The notes under the pieces are model-generated. The model was not told where the DNA came from and made no database searches. It saw only the letters and a program-made list of their open reading frames with translations. DNA of 64,000 bases from a virus (lineage: Duplodnaviria; Caudoviricetes). The translations under genes and the position numbers were made by a program. Shown piece by piece: positions 9,583 through 18,700 of this stretch; within the stretch, counting starts at the first letter, position 1; every line of letters begins with the position of its first letter. The DNA is taken from positions 32,001-96,000 of IMG/VR virus record IMGVR_UViG_3300001594_000003; one strand, given 5' to 3'.

Positions 9583-10319
9583 CTCGCATGGTATCCACTA
9601 GCTTCTCCATCGGGCAGGTTCCCGTAGAGATGCACAAAGCAGAACGGAAGAACGGTGCTGTTCGCCTAACACAAGAACAAGCTGGTGGTGACGCTCGCGT
9701 ACTGGACGCTCACATTTGGTTGCCAAAAGCAGCAGAGCATTACCGAATCAGCGGTGATATACGTGACTACATCGTAGTGCCTGTACCGAGCATCATCACA
9801 TCGATTCCGAACACTAACGGCGACTCTGCATCGTTTGCAGAGTTGACCAAGTTCAATCCCGAGTTCGGTCAGATGGCGTTTCGTACTTGGGTAGGGAAAC
9901 CCACTCACGTTGAGCACGATAACAAGGACATTACAAAGGCAAAGGGTGTCATTCTCGATACATATCTGCGCCCGCTGCCTCGTTTCCCAAAGTTCGCAAA
10001 GCTGGTCAAACTGCTCGCCTTCGACCGCACCAAAGATGCGTTCCTTGTGAACAAGATTCTCAAGCGTGAAGTCAGCACTTACTCGATGGGTATGTACTAT
10101 TCATCGTACACCTGCCCTATCTGCAATGCTCGCGTAGGTAAAGGCATTGGTATGCCGTGTCAGCATACGCGCCCACGTCGTCCAACGTATCAGTTGCCGG
10201 ATGGTCGCCTCGCATATCGTCAATGCGAAAACCTCGTAGGGTTTGAAACGAGCGTGGTTATGGACCCCGCTTACATTGTAGCCCAATCGGACGTCATCTG
10301 GGACGTTGCTGGCTTCTAA
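9579..10319 (+). CDS. putative prohead maturation protease (HK97/assemblin-like fold) with Cys/His insert
   Basis: N.NGD, THVEH (putative catalytic His), YSMG, C-terminal ETSVVMDPAY (E-x-S-x-V-x-x-P-A); CPIC...CQH insertion. Confidence 0.75.
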   Translation: MTRMVSTSFSIGQVPVEMHKAERKNGAVRLTQEQAGGDARVLDAHIWLPKAAEHYRISGDIRDYIVVPVPSIITSIPNTNGDSASFAELTKFNPEFGQMAFRTWVGKPTHVEHDNKDITKAKGVILDTYLRPLPRFPKFAKLVKLLAFDRTKDAFLVNKILKREVSTYSMGMYYSSYTCPICNARVGKGIGMPCQHTRPRRPTYQLPDGRLAYRQCENLVGFETSVVMDPAYIVAQSDVIWDVAGF

Positions 10320-10329
10320 GGAAATGGTT

Positions 10330-10845
10330 ATGCAGATAACACTGTCGTTCAAGGCTGAGGCTGCCAATAAGCTGGAAATGATCCCGTACACAGGTAACAA
10401 CGGTCTGTACGTTTCAATGGTACCTCGTGACGATATGCTGGATGATGTTATGAAGCTCGCTGAGGAGCTAGGCATCACACCTGTACGCGAGGCACTTCAT
10501 ACAACTGTGATCTACAGTAAGAAACCAGCAGGTGAGTTGCCTACACCTGATCCTGAGCGACAGGTTACTGCTGTCATCACAAGCGTCGATAGTTGGGTTG
10601 GACACAACGGCAAAACCTACATCGTGTTGAAGCTGGCAAGCGAAGCACTGCTGTTTATGCACGGTGATTACAGCCGACGCGGCGCAGAAGCCACATTCAT
10701 TCCATACGCACCGCACATAACGCTGTCTGATGAGGTTGAAGTAGACGCGGAAATGAAGGTTCGCATGGAGAAGCTGAACAAGTATCTGAACTACGATCCC
10801 AAGCTGATCTATCTGACCAACGAGCGCATCGGCGATCTGGACTGA
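10330..10845 (+). CDS. acb1: Acb1-like 2H phosphoesterase (anti-CBASS nuclease, T4 gp57B family)
   Basis: GLYV, PVREALHTTVIYS and YAPHITLS (two HxT motifs), IVLKLASEAL; colinear with T4 Acb1 as recalled; TAAGGA SD. Confidence 0.85.
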   Translation: MQITLSFKAEAANKLEMIPYTGNNGLYVSMVPRDDMLDDVMKLAEELGITPVREALHTTVIYSKKPAGELPTPDPERQVTAVITSVDSWVGHNGKTYIVLKLASEALLFMHGDYSRRGAEATFIPYAPHITLSDEVEVDAEMKVRMEKLNKYLNYDPKLIYLTNERIGDLD

Positions 10846-10847
10846 TT

Positions 10848-10967
10848 ATGGCTGTTCGTAAAAAGAAAAAGAAGTTTGTGAAGATCAAGGTCAAAATACC
10901 AAAACAATACGTTCGTGTGGTTGAGACTGATCGCATGAACGTACAAGTGGAGTCACCGCCCTTATGA
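10848..10967 (+). CDS. small basic protein, 39 aa (below ORF-track cutoff)
   Basis: MAVRKKKKKFVKIKVKIPKQYVRVVETDRMNVQVESPPL; fills the gap exactly; stop overlaps next ATG. Confidence 0.6.
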   Translation: MAVRKKKKKFVKIKVKIPKQYVRVVETDRMNVQVESPPL

Positions 10968-11398
10968 GCATGACGTGTGCAACACCATTTCGAGCGAAGC
11001 CTCCGAGGCCACCTGTGCCCGAAGCGCCTATGCCTCGCTATGGTATCGGTCGCCTCGACACATACGATACCAGCATTCGTGACAATAAACTGAACTTCGA
11101 TATCGTCATGGGTTCGCAGCTTGAGGCAGTTGAACCTAATGCTACCTTTAGCTTGCCGAACACTGGTGACAATATCTACAGCTACTTTATGTCGCCAGTG
11201 GAGTATGGCACCGTATCGTTCAAAGCGAACGGCGGCTTTACTGGTGGTTGGGATGGCGCGTCCTGGCCTCTGGATGATATGGGTGACGAATACGGCCCAG
11301 TTACCATCACGTATGAAGGCGCAGAGTGGTATATGTATCGCACTGATTGGCCTGGTGCTGCTGCAACCACTTATACCGTAAACTTCTCCAATGTCTAA
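10964..11398 (+). CDS. stand-alone GGWDGASWP-domain protein (likely virion)
   Basis: Same domain occurs twice in 15769..19428. Confidence 0.75.
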   Translation: MSMTCATPFRAKPPRPPVPEAPMPRYGIGRLDTYDTSIRDNKLNFDIVMGSQLEAVEPNATFSLPNTGDNIYSYFMSPVEYGTVSFKANGGFTGGWDGASWPLDDMGDEYGPVTITYEGAEWYMYRTDWPGAAATTYTVNFSNV

Positions 11399-11636
11399 GA
11401 TCAAGATCAGACTTCACGACGCTAGACCAGGTCACCACGGTGAGCGCGCCACGATCATCGAGGAACCGCACGTTCGTTTGCCTAAAGCAAAGATCAAGAA
11501 CATGCTCAAGTCGAAGCTACGTGAGGAGAAAGATGGAGTGCAGCAGTCTCTTGGGCCGAGAGACGCTACACCTGAGAATACCTACGTTTCCCATGTAAAC
11601 TGGAAAAGCAGGCTTGAGAAGGGCGATCCCTACTAG
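11391..11636 (+). CDS. hypothetical protein
   Basis: 81-aa ORF overlapping previous stop. Confidence 0.55.
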   Translation: MSKIKIRLHDARPGHHGERATIIEEPHVRLPKAKIKNMLKSKLREEKDGVQQSLGPRDATPENTYVSHVNWKSRLEKGDPY

Positions 11637-11644
11637 GAGGCCGT

Positions 11645-12025
11645 ATGGCCGAGACAATACCGTGCGCGTGTGGCAATCCTGTGCCATGTTATCTTCGCGC
11701 TAATGAATCGCAGACGCCTTGCCCTAAAGCATCGCTCGCTGCTAAGTACACGCAACGGTGCATTCACTGCGAGTGCCTGCCTTGTAATTGCTACGCAGGT
11801 TCGTTGCCTAATGCTCCCGTTTACGGTGGTGCTATACGCTCGATAGCTGAGCTAATGATACGTTGCGCCAAAGAGAGCGCTGTGGTCATTTCAGCCAACG
11901 CATGTACAGCCCAAGAGATAGCGGAAGCCCGAGCAGATCAACGGCTTTTCGTTGATCCTAGCGGTGCTGGTTATGTTCTCCAAAGTCGCGCTTGGTTAGA
12001 CAAGCTGCGCAACTGTAAGTGCTGA
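11645..12025 (+). CDS. Cys-rich hypothetical protein
   Basis: AGGAGG SD; multiple CxC/CxxC motifs. Confidence 0.65.
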   Translation: MAETIPCACGNPVPCYLRANESQTPCPKASLAAKYTQRCIHCECLPCNCYAGSLPNAPVYGGAIRSIAELMIRCAKESAVVISANACTAQEIAEARADQRLFVDPSGAGYVLQSRAWLDKLRNCKC

Positions 12026-12035
12026 CCAGAGACCT

Positions 12036-12077
12036 AAAAAAGGCCACTGCTCTTTCGGGCATGTGGCCTTTTCTTTT
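12036..12077. terminator. bidirectional intrinsic terminator
   Basis: aaaaggccac...gtggcctttt stem with A/T tracts, between convergent genes. Confidence 0.85.
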
Positions 12078-12327
12078 ATCTTGCGTCCCAGTAACCGGTA
12101 ACTTGTGTGTAACCGAGTTCTGTTACCTTGCTCTGCACTTCTAGGTCTTGTGTGTCGAATTGTTCCATTAAGTACATGAACTGGTCTCTACCCGCAGAAT
12201 GTCTCGGCGAAAACAATTCCAATCGCTCTTTGATACTCTGCTCGGCAGTGCCTCCCCACGACTCATGACCTACTGCCATGATTTCCCTTCTGTCGTGGTT
12301 AACGGCAAACACTTTCTCTGCCATCAT
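12076..12327 (-). CDS. hypothetical protein (83 aa)
   Basis: AAGGAG SD immediately after thyA stop; start MMAEKVF. Confidence 0.65.
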   Translation of the reverse strand: MMAEKVFAVNHDRREIMAVGHESWGGTAEQSIKERLELFSPRHSAGRDQFMYLMEQFDTQDLEVQSKVTELGYTQVTGYWDAR

Positions 12328-12334
12328 TATCTCC

Positions 12335-13471
12335 TTAAACCGCAACTGCTGCTTTGATAGCGTCGTGGCTCTGGTATCCGAGGATTTGGATGTCCTCAAA
12401 CTTGAACTCTGTGATCGACTCATACGACTTATCACCGTTCATGGTGTTGAGTTGCAAGAACGCTTGCCCTTCTTCGAGTTCCTCTCGGCTCAGTTGTTCG
12501 CGCACTTGGTCTTCGTGGTTGCTGTAGATGTGTGCGTCACCGAACGTATGGAACAGCTTGCCTGCACGCAGACCGTGCAGTTGTGCAAGCATGTGGGTCA
12601 TCAGCGCATAGAAGCCGAAATTGAAGGGTACGCCGATGAAAAAATCTCCCGAGCGCTGATAGAGCTTGCAGTGCAACATACCGTCTTCGACAGCCCACTG
12701 AGCAAGCGTGTGGCAAGGCGGCAATGCCATCTCATCGATGCGAGCTACGTTCCACGCGGACAGGATGATACGTCGGCTGTCCTGCTTGTTACGAATCTGA
12801 TCTTCCAGCTCTGCGATCTGGTCAATCTCCCGCTTGATGATCAGGTTACCGTTATCTAGTTGGCCTGCATGAACGAAGCCGCGCTTGCCGTACTTTTCCC
12901 ATGCGCCTTCGTTGTAGATTTCGGATGGGTGAATCTCACGTATGTCCTCTGTGCGTCGCCACTGTGCACCATACACCGGGCCAAGGTCACCGCTTACCAG
13001 TTCTTCTTCTGGAATACTCCAGTTGTTCAGAGACATTTCCAGACGGTTGAGAATCTCCGACTCATTGAAGCCTTCGTCCGTCAGATACTGCTTGATTTCG
13101 CTAAACTTTTCCAGTTGACCTGGGGTCATTTTGCGAATACGCTCACCCCACTCCAACATGCGATACTTTGCGGTGCTTGGAATTACCCAGCTATCCCAGA
13201 TACTTACATTGTTGGCCTTCAAGTAAGCCACATCGCTACTGCCGCTGAGCATCCAAATCAGTTCGTGAATGAACGAACGATGGAATATCTTCTTGGTCGT
13301 CAGCAGAGGCAGAATAGGCGCACCGCCGTCGTCCATAAGATCGAACTCAAGATTGATCTGTCCGAATACGGAGCGGGTGCCTGTACCTGTTCGATCCGTC
13401 TTGACGGTACCGTTGCGCATGATGTAATCCAATGCACCAAGATACCCTGCCTCGTTGTGGCCGTAATACAT
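12335..13471 (-). CDS. thyA: thymidylate synthase with two insertions
   Basis: DRTGTGT, PLLTTKK, LGPVYG.QWR, SRR, LPPCH, YQRSGD..GVPFN, GDAHIY.NH. Confidence 0.97.
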   Translation of the reverse strand: MYYGHNEAGYLGALDYIMRNGTVKTDRTGTGTRSVFGQINLEFDLMDDGGAPILPLLTTKKIFHRSFIHELIWMLSGSSDVAYLKANNVSIWDSWVIPSTAKYRMLEWGERIRKMTPGQLEKFSEIKQYLTDEGFNESEILNRLEMSLNNWSIPEEELVSGDLGPVYGAQWRRTEDIREIHPSEIYNEGAWEKYGKRGFVHAGQLDNGNLIIKREIDQIAELEDQIRNKQDSRRIILSAWNVARIDEMALPPCHTLAQWAVEDGMLHCKLYQRSGDFFIGVPFNFGFYALMTHMLAQLHGLRAGKLFHTFGDAHIYSNHEDQVREQLSREELEEGQAFLQLNTMNGDKSYESITEFKFEDIQILGYQSHDAIKAAVAV

Positions 13472-13537
13472 ACAGTTTTCCTTTGTTTGGTTGTGGCTTA
13501 CACCATACGTTTACAGTATCCCGGACCACTCAGTCGA

Positions 13538-13544
13538 TAATTTA
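13538..13544 (+). promoter_or_regulatory. putative late promoter TAATTTA
   Basis: Intergenic; ATG 27 nt after motif end; recurrent motif. Confidence 0.7.
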
Positions 13545-13570
13545 TGTGCATATAGTTTTGGAGACCGAAA

Positions 13571-13897
13571 ATGAGCAGTCTCGATCTAGTTTTGAACTTG
13601 AAGGGTCAGCGCAACATTCGTTTGGGTGTAGACGCTAGTACGGGTCACGGTTGTTTTCCTTCTACCATTCCAGCGTCTGCATCTATGACCGTACATACAG
13701 ACCAGATAGCTGAGGTACGTGTCAGTGATCGTTACGTGCCGCACTGCTGCCCGAATCAAGGCTGTCACGTGCCTATGGTTACAGTCGGCGCCCGCATCAC
13801 TTACACTGATCAGCTAGCCACGCATCGAGCAGGTGATCCGCTTGGGTGCGGTGACACTTCTTCTGGCGGATCAATGACGACCTACTCTGGAAACTGA
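13571..13897 (+). CDS. PAAR-like tail spike tip protein (T4 gp5.4-like)
   Basis: TGHGCFP, PHCC...CH, RAGDPLGCGD pattern; precedes gp25. Confidence 0.85.
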   Translation: MSSLDLVLNLKGQRNIRLGVDASTGHGCFPSTIPASASMTVHTDQIAEVRVSDRYVPHCCPNQGCHVPMVTVGARITYTDQLATHRAGDPLGCGDTSSGGSMTTYSGN

Positions 13898-13898
13898 C

Positions 13899-14297
13899 AT
13901 GGCGGACATGCGCGATTCTCCCCTTTACTCTGACGTGAACCTGTACGTCGGAAGATTCTCCAACAAGGAGCTGGTGTACGACTACGAGTCGATCAACCAG
14001 AACATCTTCCTGATCATCACCACGCCAATTCGTTCAAAGTGGTTCCGGGTGCGTTACGGATCAAACATTCCGAAGTATCTGTTTGAGCCGATGGATGATA
14101 TGACTGCCGCACGTATTCGCGCGGAGATTCAGTCTCTCCTAAGTAGGAACAACGAATTGCGAGTAGTGATCCAAAGCGTTCGCGTCATACCGAACTACGC
14201 TAATCAGGTCTACGCTTGCGAAATCATATACACTGCCGTAGAGATTGGCGATCAGCCATTCCAGTTTCAGTTCGGCCTTAATCGACAGGCAGCTTAG
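13899..14297 (+). CDS. baseplate wedge subunit, gp25-like
   Basis: YSD.NL, SI.QNI..I..TP, YGS.IP.YLFEP.D. Confidence 0.9.
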   Translation: MADMRDSPLYSDVNLYVGRFSNKELVYDYESINQNIFLIITTPIRSKWFRVRYGSNIPKYLFEPMDDMTAARIRAEIQSLLSRNNELRVVIQSVRVIPNYANQVYACEIIYTAVEIGDQPFQFQFGLNRQAA

Positions 14298-14305
14298 GAA
14301 TTACC

Positions 14306-15769
14306 ATGTCTACTCTCCCAATCAGCAAGGTCGTCGTTGACCAACAAGACATATACAACGAGCTGGCTAGACGGCTATCCGAGAAGGGCACATGGAAAGA
14401 CCTGCTGCCTACGAACGTCGGCTCAACTATTCTGGATATTGCCTCAGGTGCTACCACTGTAAATCAACACTACATCAACGTCAGCTTGCGGGAAGCGTTC
14501 TTGAGTGTGGCTCGCCGTGATAGTTCGATCTTCGAAGGCACACGTTCCCTCGGTATCAAAATCTCGCGTAAGACCTGCCCAGGTACTGCGTGCTTCCTGC
14601 AGAACAACCTGCAGACCGTGAAATTTATCCCTGCATATACGGAGTTCTTCGTCGGCAGCGACAAGTTTTTCAATCGTGAGCAGTTGATGGTTCCGCCGGG
14701 TCAAGTGATCGAAGACGTGTACCTGTATCAAGGTGAGATACGCACCTCCGAATTCGATATCGACACCCTCGATCCTACCGCACTGCAAACGTTCAAGCTG
14801 GACATGCCGGGTTTCGTCGTGTCAGAGACCGATCTTCTCGTTTGGGTAGAAGACAAGGTAACTGGCGAAGCAATCGTGTGGGAACCTACGGACAAAGCTC
14901 TGTTTGAACTCGGACCTACCGATCGCAACTACTACGAGTTCACAGCAGGTAACGGCGACGTTGCTTTCATGTTTGGCACAGGTGAGTACGGTGCTCGCAT
15001 CCCGGGTAACTCCGTATTGAAAGTTCGCTACGCTGTAACCAAGGGTGCTTCTGTTGTAGGCATCAGCGGTGAGCGCGTTCGCATGACTGCGCAGCCAGAA
15101 ATAAGCGGCTTCACCACGTCCAACATCACTGGCGGCAGCGACCAAAAGTCTGCAATGTATTACAAGCTGTTTGCACCGACTATGTTCCGTAGCAATCGTA
15201 AAGCAATCAGTGCAACCGAAGTTCGCGCCCACATTATGAACTACCCTGGAGTTGCGGACGTTGCGTTGTTTACCCAGCGAGACATTGCACCGAACGATCC
15301 AAAGTGGCAAAACGTAATGCGTGTTTGCATTCTTCCAGAAACGACTGATACCTGGGGCGGTGCAAACCCGAACCCACGTTCCGCAGCGTGGGAGCAGTTC
15401 TTGCGTTGGTTGGAAGATCGGTGTCATGGTCTTGCTCAGTTTCAGTCGTGGAACCCAACGAAATCTTTCGTACCTGTGCGCGTTCTGCTTGCCGTCGATA
15501 AGGATGTTGATGTTGAGGAAATGCGTATCGTAGTGACTGAGCGTATCCTGAAGTTGTTTCAGCGTAAGCCTGGAATACTCGGACGTCGTCTCTCCAAGTC
15601 CGATATCGAAAAAGCCTGTCGTGTAGGTGGTGTCGATTACATTGAGGTGAAGTCTCCCACAGAGGAGATTATACCGTCAGACCGTACGCAGTATGTCGTA
15701 CTTGACGGTACCCCTGATGTTCAAATCGTCTACTCGGAACGTAAGCAAGGCACCACTGGAGCCTACTAA
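14306..15769 (+). CDS. baseplate wedge protein, gp6/J-like
   Basis: EAFL..ARR.SS, FG.G.YG..P, GG.D motifs; synteny. Confidence 0.85.
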   Translation: MSTLPISKVVVDQQDIYNELARRLSEKGTWKDLLPTNVGSTILDIASGATTVNQHYINVSLREAFLSVARRDSSIFEGTRSLGIKISRKTCPGTACFLQNNLQTVKFIPAYTEFFVGSDKFFNREQLMVPPGQVIEDVYLYQGEIRTSEFDIDTLDPTALQTFKLDMPGFVVSETDLLVWVEDKVTGEAIVWEPTDKALFELGPTDRNYYEFTAGNGDVAFMFGTGEYGARIPGNSVLKVRYAVTKGASVVGISGERVRMTAQPEISGFTTSNITGGSDQKSAMYYKLFAPTMFRSNRKAISATEVRAHIMNYPGVADVALFTQRDIAPNDPKWQNVMRVCILPETTDTWGGANPNPRSAAWEQFLRWLEDRCHGLAQFQSWNPTKSFVPVRVLLAVDKDVDVEEMRIVVTERILKLFQRKPGILGRRLSKSDIEKACRVGGVDYIEVKSPTEEIIPSDRTQYVVLDGTPDVQIVYSERKQGTTGAY

Positions 15770-18700
15770 TGGAAAAGACAAACTTCGAAGGACTACAGCC
15801 TGAGATTTTCTACGCTCAGCCGTGGTTCGCCGATTTCATGGAAGTATACGCCCAGGTCTTGGATGACCGTATTCGTTACCCGATCTACCAGCTCGAAAAG
15901 ATTCGGGATATAACTGCGCAGAGTGACAGCTACGTCATCATGCAGACGTTGAAGCAGATCGGGTTTGACTTACCTACTGACTTCGTGCGCCATAACCTAA
16001 ACGTTCTGGCACAGTCGATCCCGATGTTGACGTTGTACGCTGAGCGCTCTGGTACGAACGACTATGCCCGCACAATGTCTTTCATATACGGACGAAGCAT
16101 CGACGCAACGACCTTGTATACGGAAGACTACGCCAATTTCTACACTCAACCGTATGGTCCACTCCAAGTAGATGGTGGTGAGTGGTATAAGACAACGCAC
16201 GTCGAACTCGGTATGCAGATGCTTGCCTCCGACTACTCGCTGCTGTTGCCTAGAAACAAGACCATCAAAGATCGCTTCTTGGAGGCGTTCTACGAGTTCG
16301 CCCCTTGGAACGTTGTTGTCGAGCGGTTCCACTTCAACGTGGATATCGAGATACCACTGTTCATTACGGGTCGCATCATCAAGCAACCTAAACGGTATAT
16401 CGACGTGGGTATCGGCGATCTGAAAGTAACCGACATGAAGATCATAGGTCCTGGTCAAGTCTACGAGTCCAGCATCCATGAGTACGAACTGTACGTGACC
16501 CTAGAGAATGGGTCAGGTTCTACCGTAGACGTGTTCCCGCGTCGCCCTCTGTTGGGTGTGGCGGGATTTGCTGCAAATGAGGCGGAACTCAAGACGTTCA
16601 CGGAACTGAGCAACTACGATCAGATTGTAAAGCTGACCGTTCCAGATAATCAGTACGGTTATCTGTGCTACCCAAAGTCCATGGGTCTCGCCACTTTCAC
16701 CGACACAAGCCTCGGTATCGAAGGTGGATGGGATGGTGCGTCCTGGCCTGAATTTGATGTGGGTGATCAGTACGGTCCGATTGTAGTCTCTCGCACTATC
16801 GGAGACACAACCTCAGACTGGTATTTGTATCGTACAGACTTCTCCGGTCTTGGTGAGGTTGAGTATGAAATCAAGTTCGACAATCCTGGGGTGGACGAGC
16901 ACGACACGGTAACGACTGGCAGTACAGACACCTACGTGACCCAGACAGTCCAAGTAAAAGGCAACTGGTCTAGTAACCGCACTGGTTTGGTTGATTGGAC
17001 TGACGGCTTCGCTTCGTTCGGCAACGTCGGGTTGGATACCTCGATGCTCATCTACGCCGAATACCAAGGCCGCAGCGTGTCGAAAGCAGTGCTGGTAAAA
17101 AACAACACCAGCAACGTTCGCAGCATTGAGATTGTCGGTCCAAGCTCTGTTCGTGCTATGGAGTCCGAAGCGTATCAAGTGATTGCACACACTGACTCTG
17201 GCGAAGAAGTAGCGGACGTCCCCATTAGCACCGTCAGTGTTTACGGTTATATGGAAGGAAATCTCCTGCACATATACCAGATCAACGAAGACAGCCCAGT
17301 GTATCTTCGTGCAGAGCTTGCCTTGCCTGACGGTCAAGTGCTGAAAGCCACGCGACGTATCGAAGCGCTCTATGTTGATCCAGAAGTGCATCTGGTTCAC
17401 CTTGAGATTACTGGACCTAGTGAGTTCTACGAGAACGAGCAGAAGCAATACCACTGCATCGCTCATTACTCAAATGGTACCTCCGAGGGTGTGCTCGCTG
17501 TTTGGAACTCTGGCTGCGCTGGTGTGTACATAACCCCAAGCGGCGAGTTGTTCAGCAGCACCACAGAGTCAGACCTGAACCTCAAACTGAAGGCAACACA
17601 CCAAAATCGCAATGTAACGCTAACCGCTGAACTTCCGGTTAAGTTCCGTCGCCGTGAGATAACAGTGACTCACACTGAAATCCTTGGGCCTAACACTGTG
17701 ATTGAATTGACCAAGAATCAGTTCCAGACAGTAGCTCGATTCAGTGACGGCAGTACAGGGGTTATCGAAGCGGAGTGGAGTTCGGATCGCTACTACATCA
17801 ATGATCGCGGTGAGTTGGAGGTCGGTTCTGTAGGTGCTACACCTATTCAGCTAACCGTTCGCTCGCGTGTTGATGGTCGTTTGGCGATCAAGCAAGTCAC
17901 CGCAATCAATACGCCCGTCACTCTGGACAACCTGCTCATCACAGGCCCTGATGATCTACGTGAAGGTGCAAGCGGTAAGTTTACTGCGTATGCTCACTAC
18001 TCTAACGGACGCGACATTGAAATCGCACCTGAGTGGTCTATCCGTGGTAATCCGAGTTGGGTTTCTATCGATGCTAACGGCCTGCTCTCGTTCAGTGATC
18101 CAGAAGACGGTATCATTGAAGTCTCCGCAGTGTATCGCGTAGCTGGTCGAGTTCTAACGCAAACCAAACCGCTGGTTCTCGTTCCGAAGACGCGCATCAT
18201 TCAAGGTCTTCTGGTAAGTGGACCTAACGAGGTGTTTGAGGGTGAGCGCATCTATCTGACCGGAACCGCAGTGTACAGCGACGGTAAGATTGAGACAGTG
18301 AGTCCGCTATGGTCTGTATCTTCGTCTGACCCGTTGAACGACCCAGAAGCCATGGCAGATATCGTGAGTCCTGGTGTATTGCAAGGACGTACCGTTTACG
18401 AAGACACCAAGGTCGTTGCAATCGCCCGATACTTCAAGGAGATTGCCGAGTTTGAAATCACGGTTAAACCCAAGATAGAGAACTCTCCAGATAAGCCTAT
18501 CTCCAGTCGTATCATCGGACCCGCTGCATTCTACAGCGATCAGCGCGGTAGTTACTCGCACATGATCCTGTTCGAGGAGTGCCCGGCAGAGCTTGCCGTT
18601 AGTAGTGACTGGTCGATTGACGTTGGGCCTGATGTTGCCGTTATCGATAACGCCGGCTTCTTGTGGTCAGTGAATGGTCGGAGCGCAGTTGTTACCGTGA

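Noticed and set aside
12335-13471. Intron/intein in thyA, or a base-modifying dCMP hydroxymethylase
   Set aside because: The frame is continuous, the inserts lack intein C/S...HN termini, and the specificity residue is Asn (GVPFN).
13480-13537. Candidate early/middle promoter for thyA (minus-strand TACTGTAAAC)
   Set aside because: Single occurrence in the window, so no consensus can be supported.
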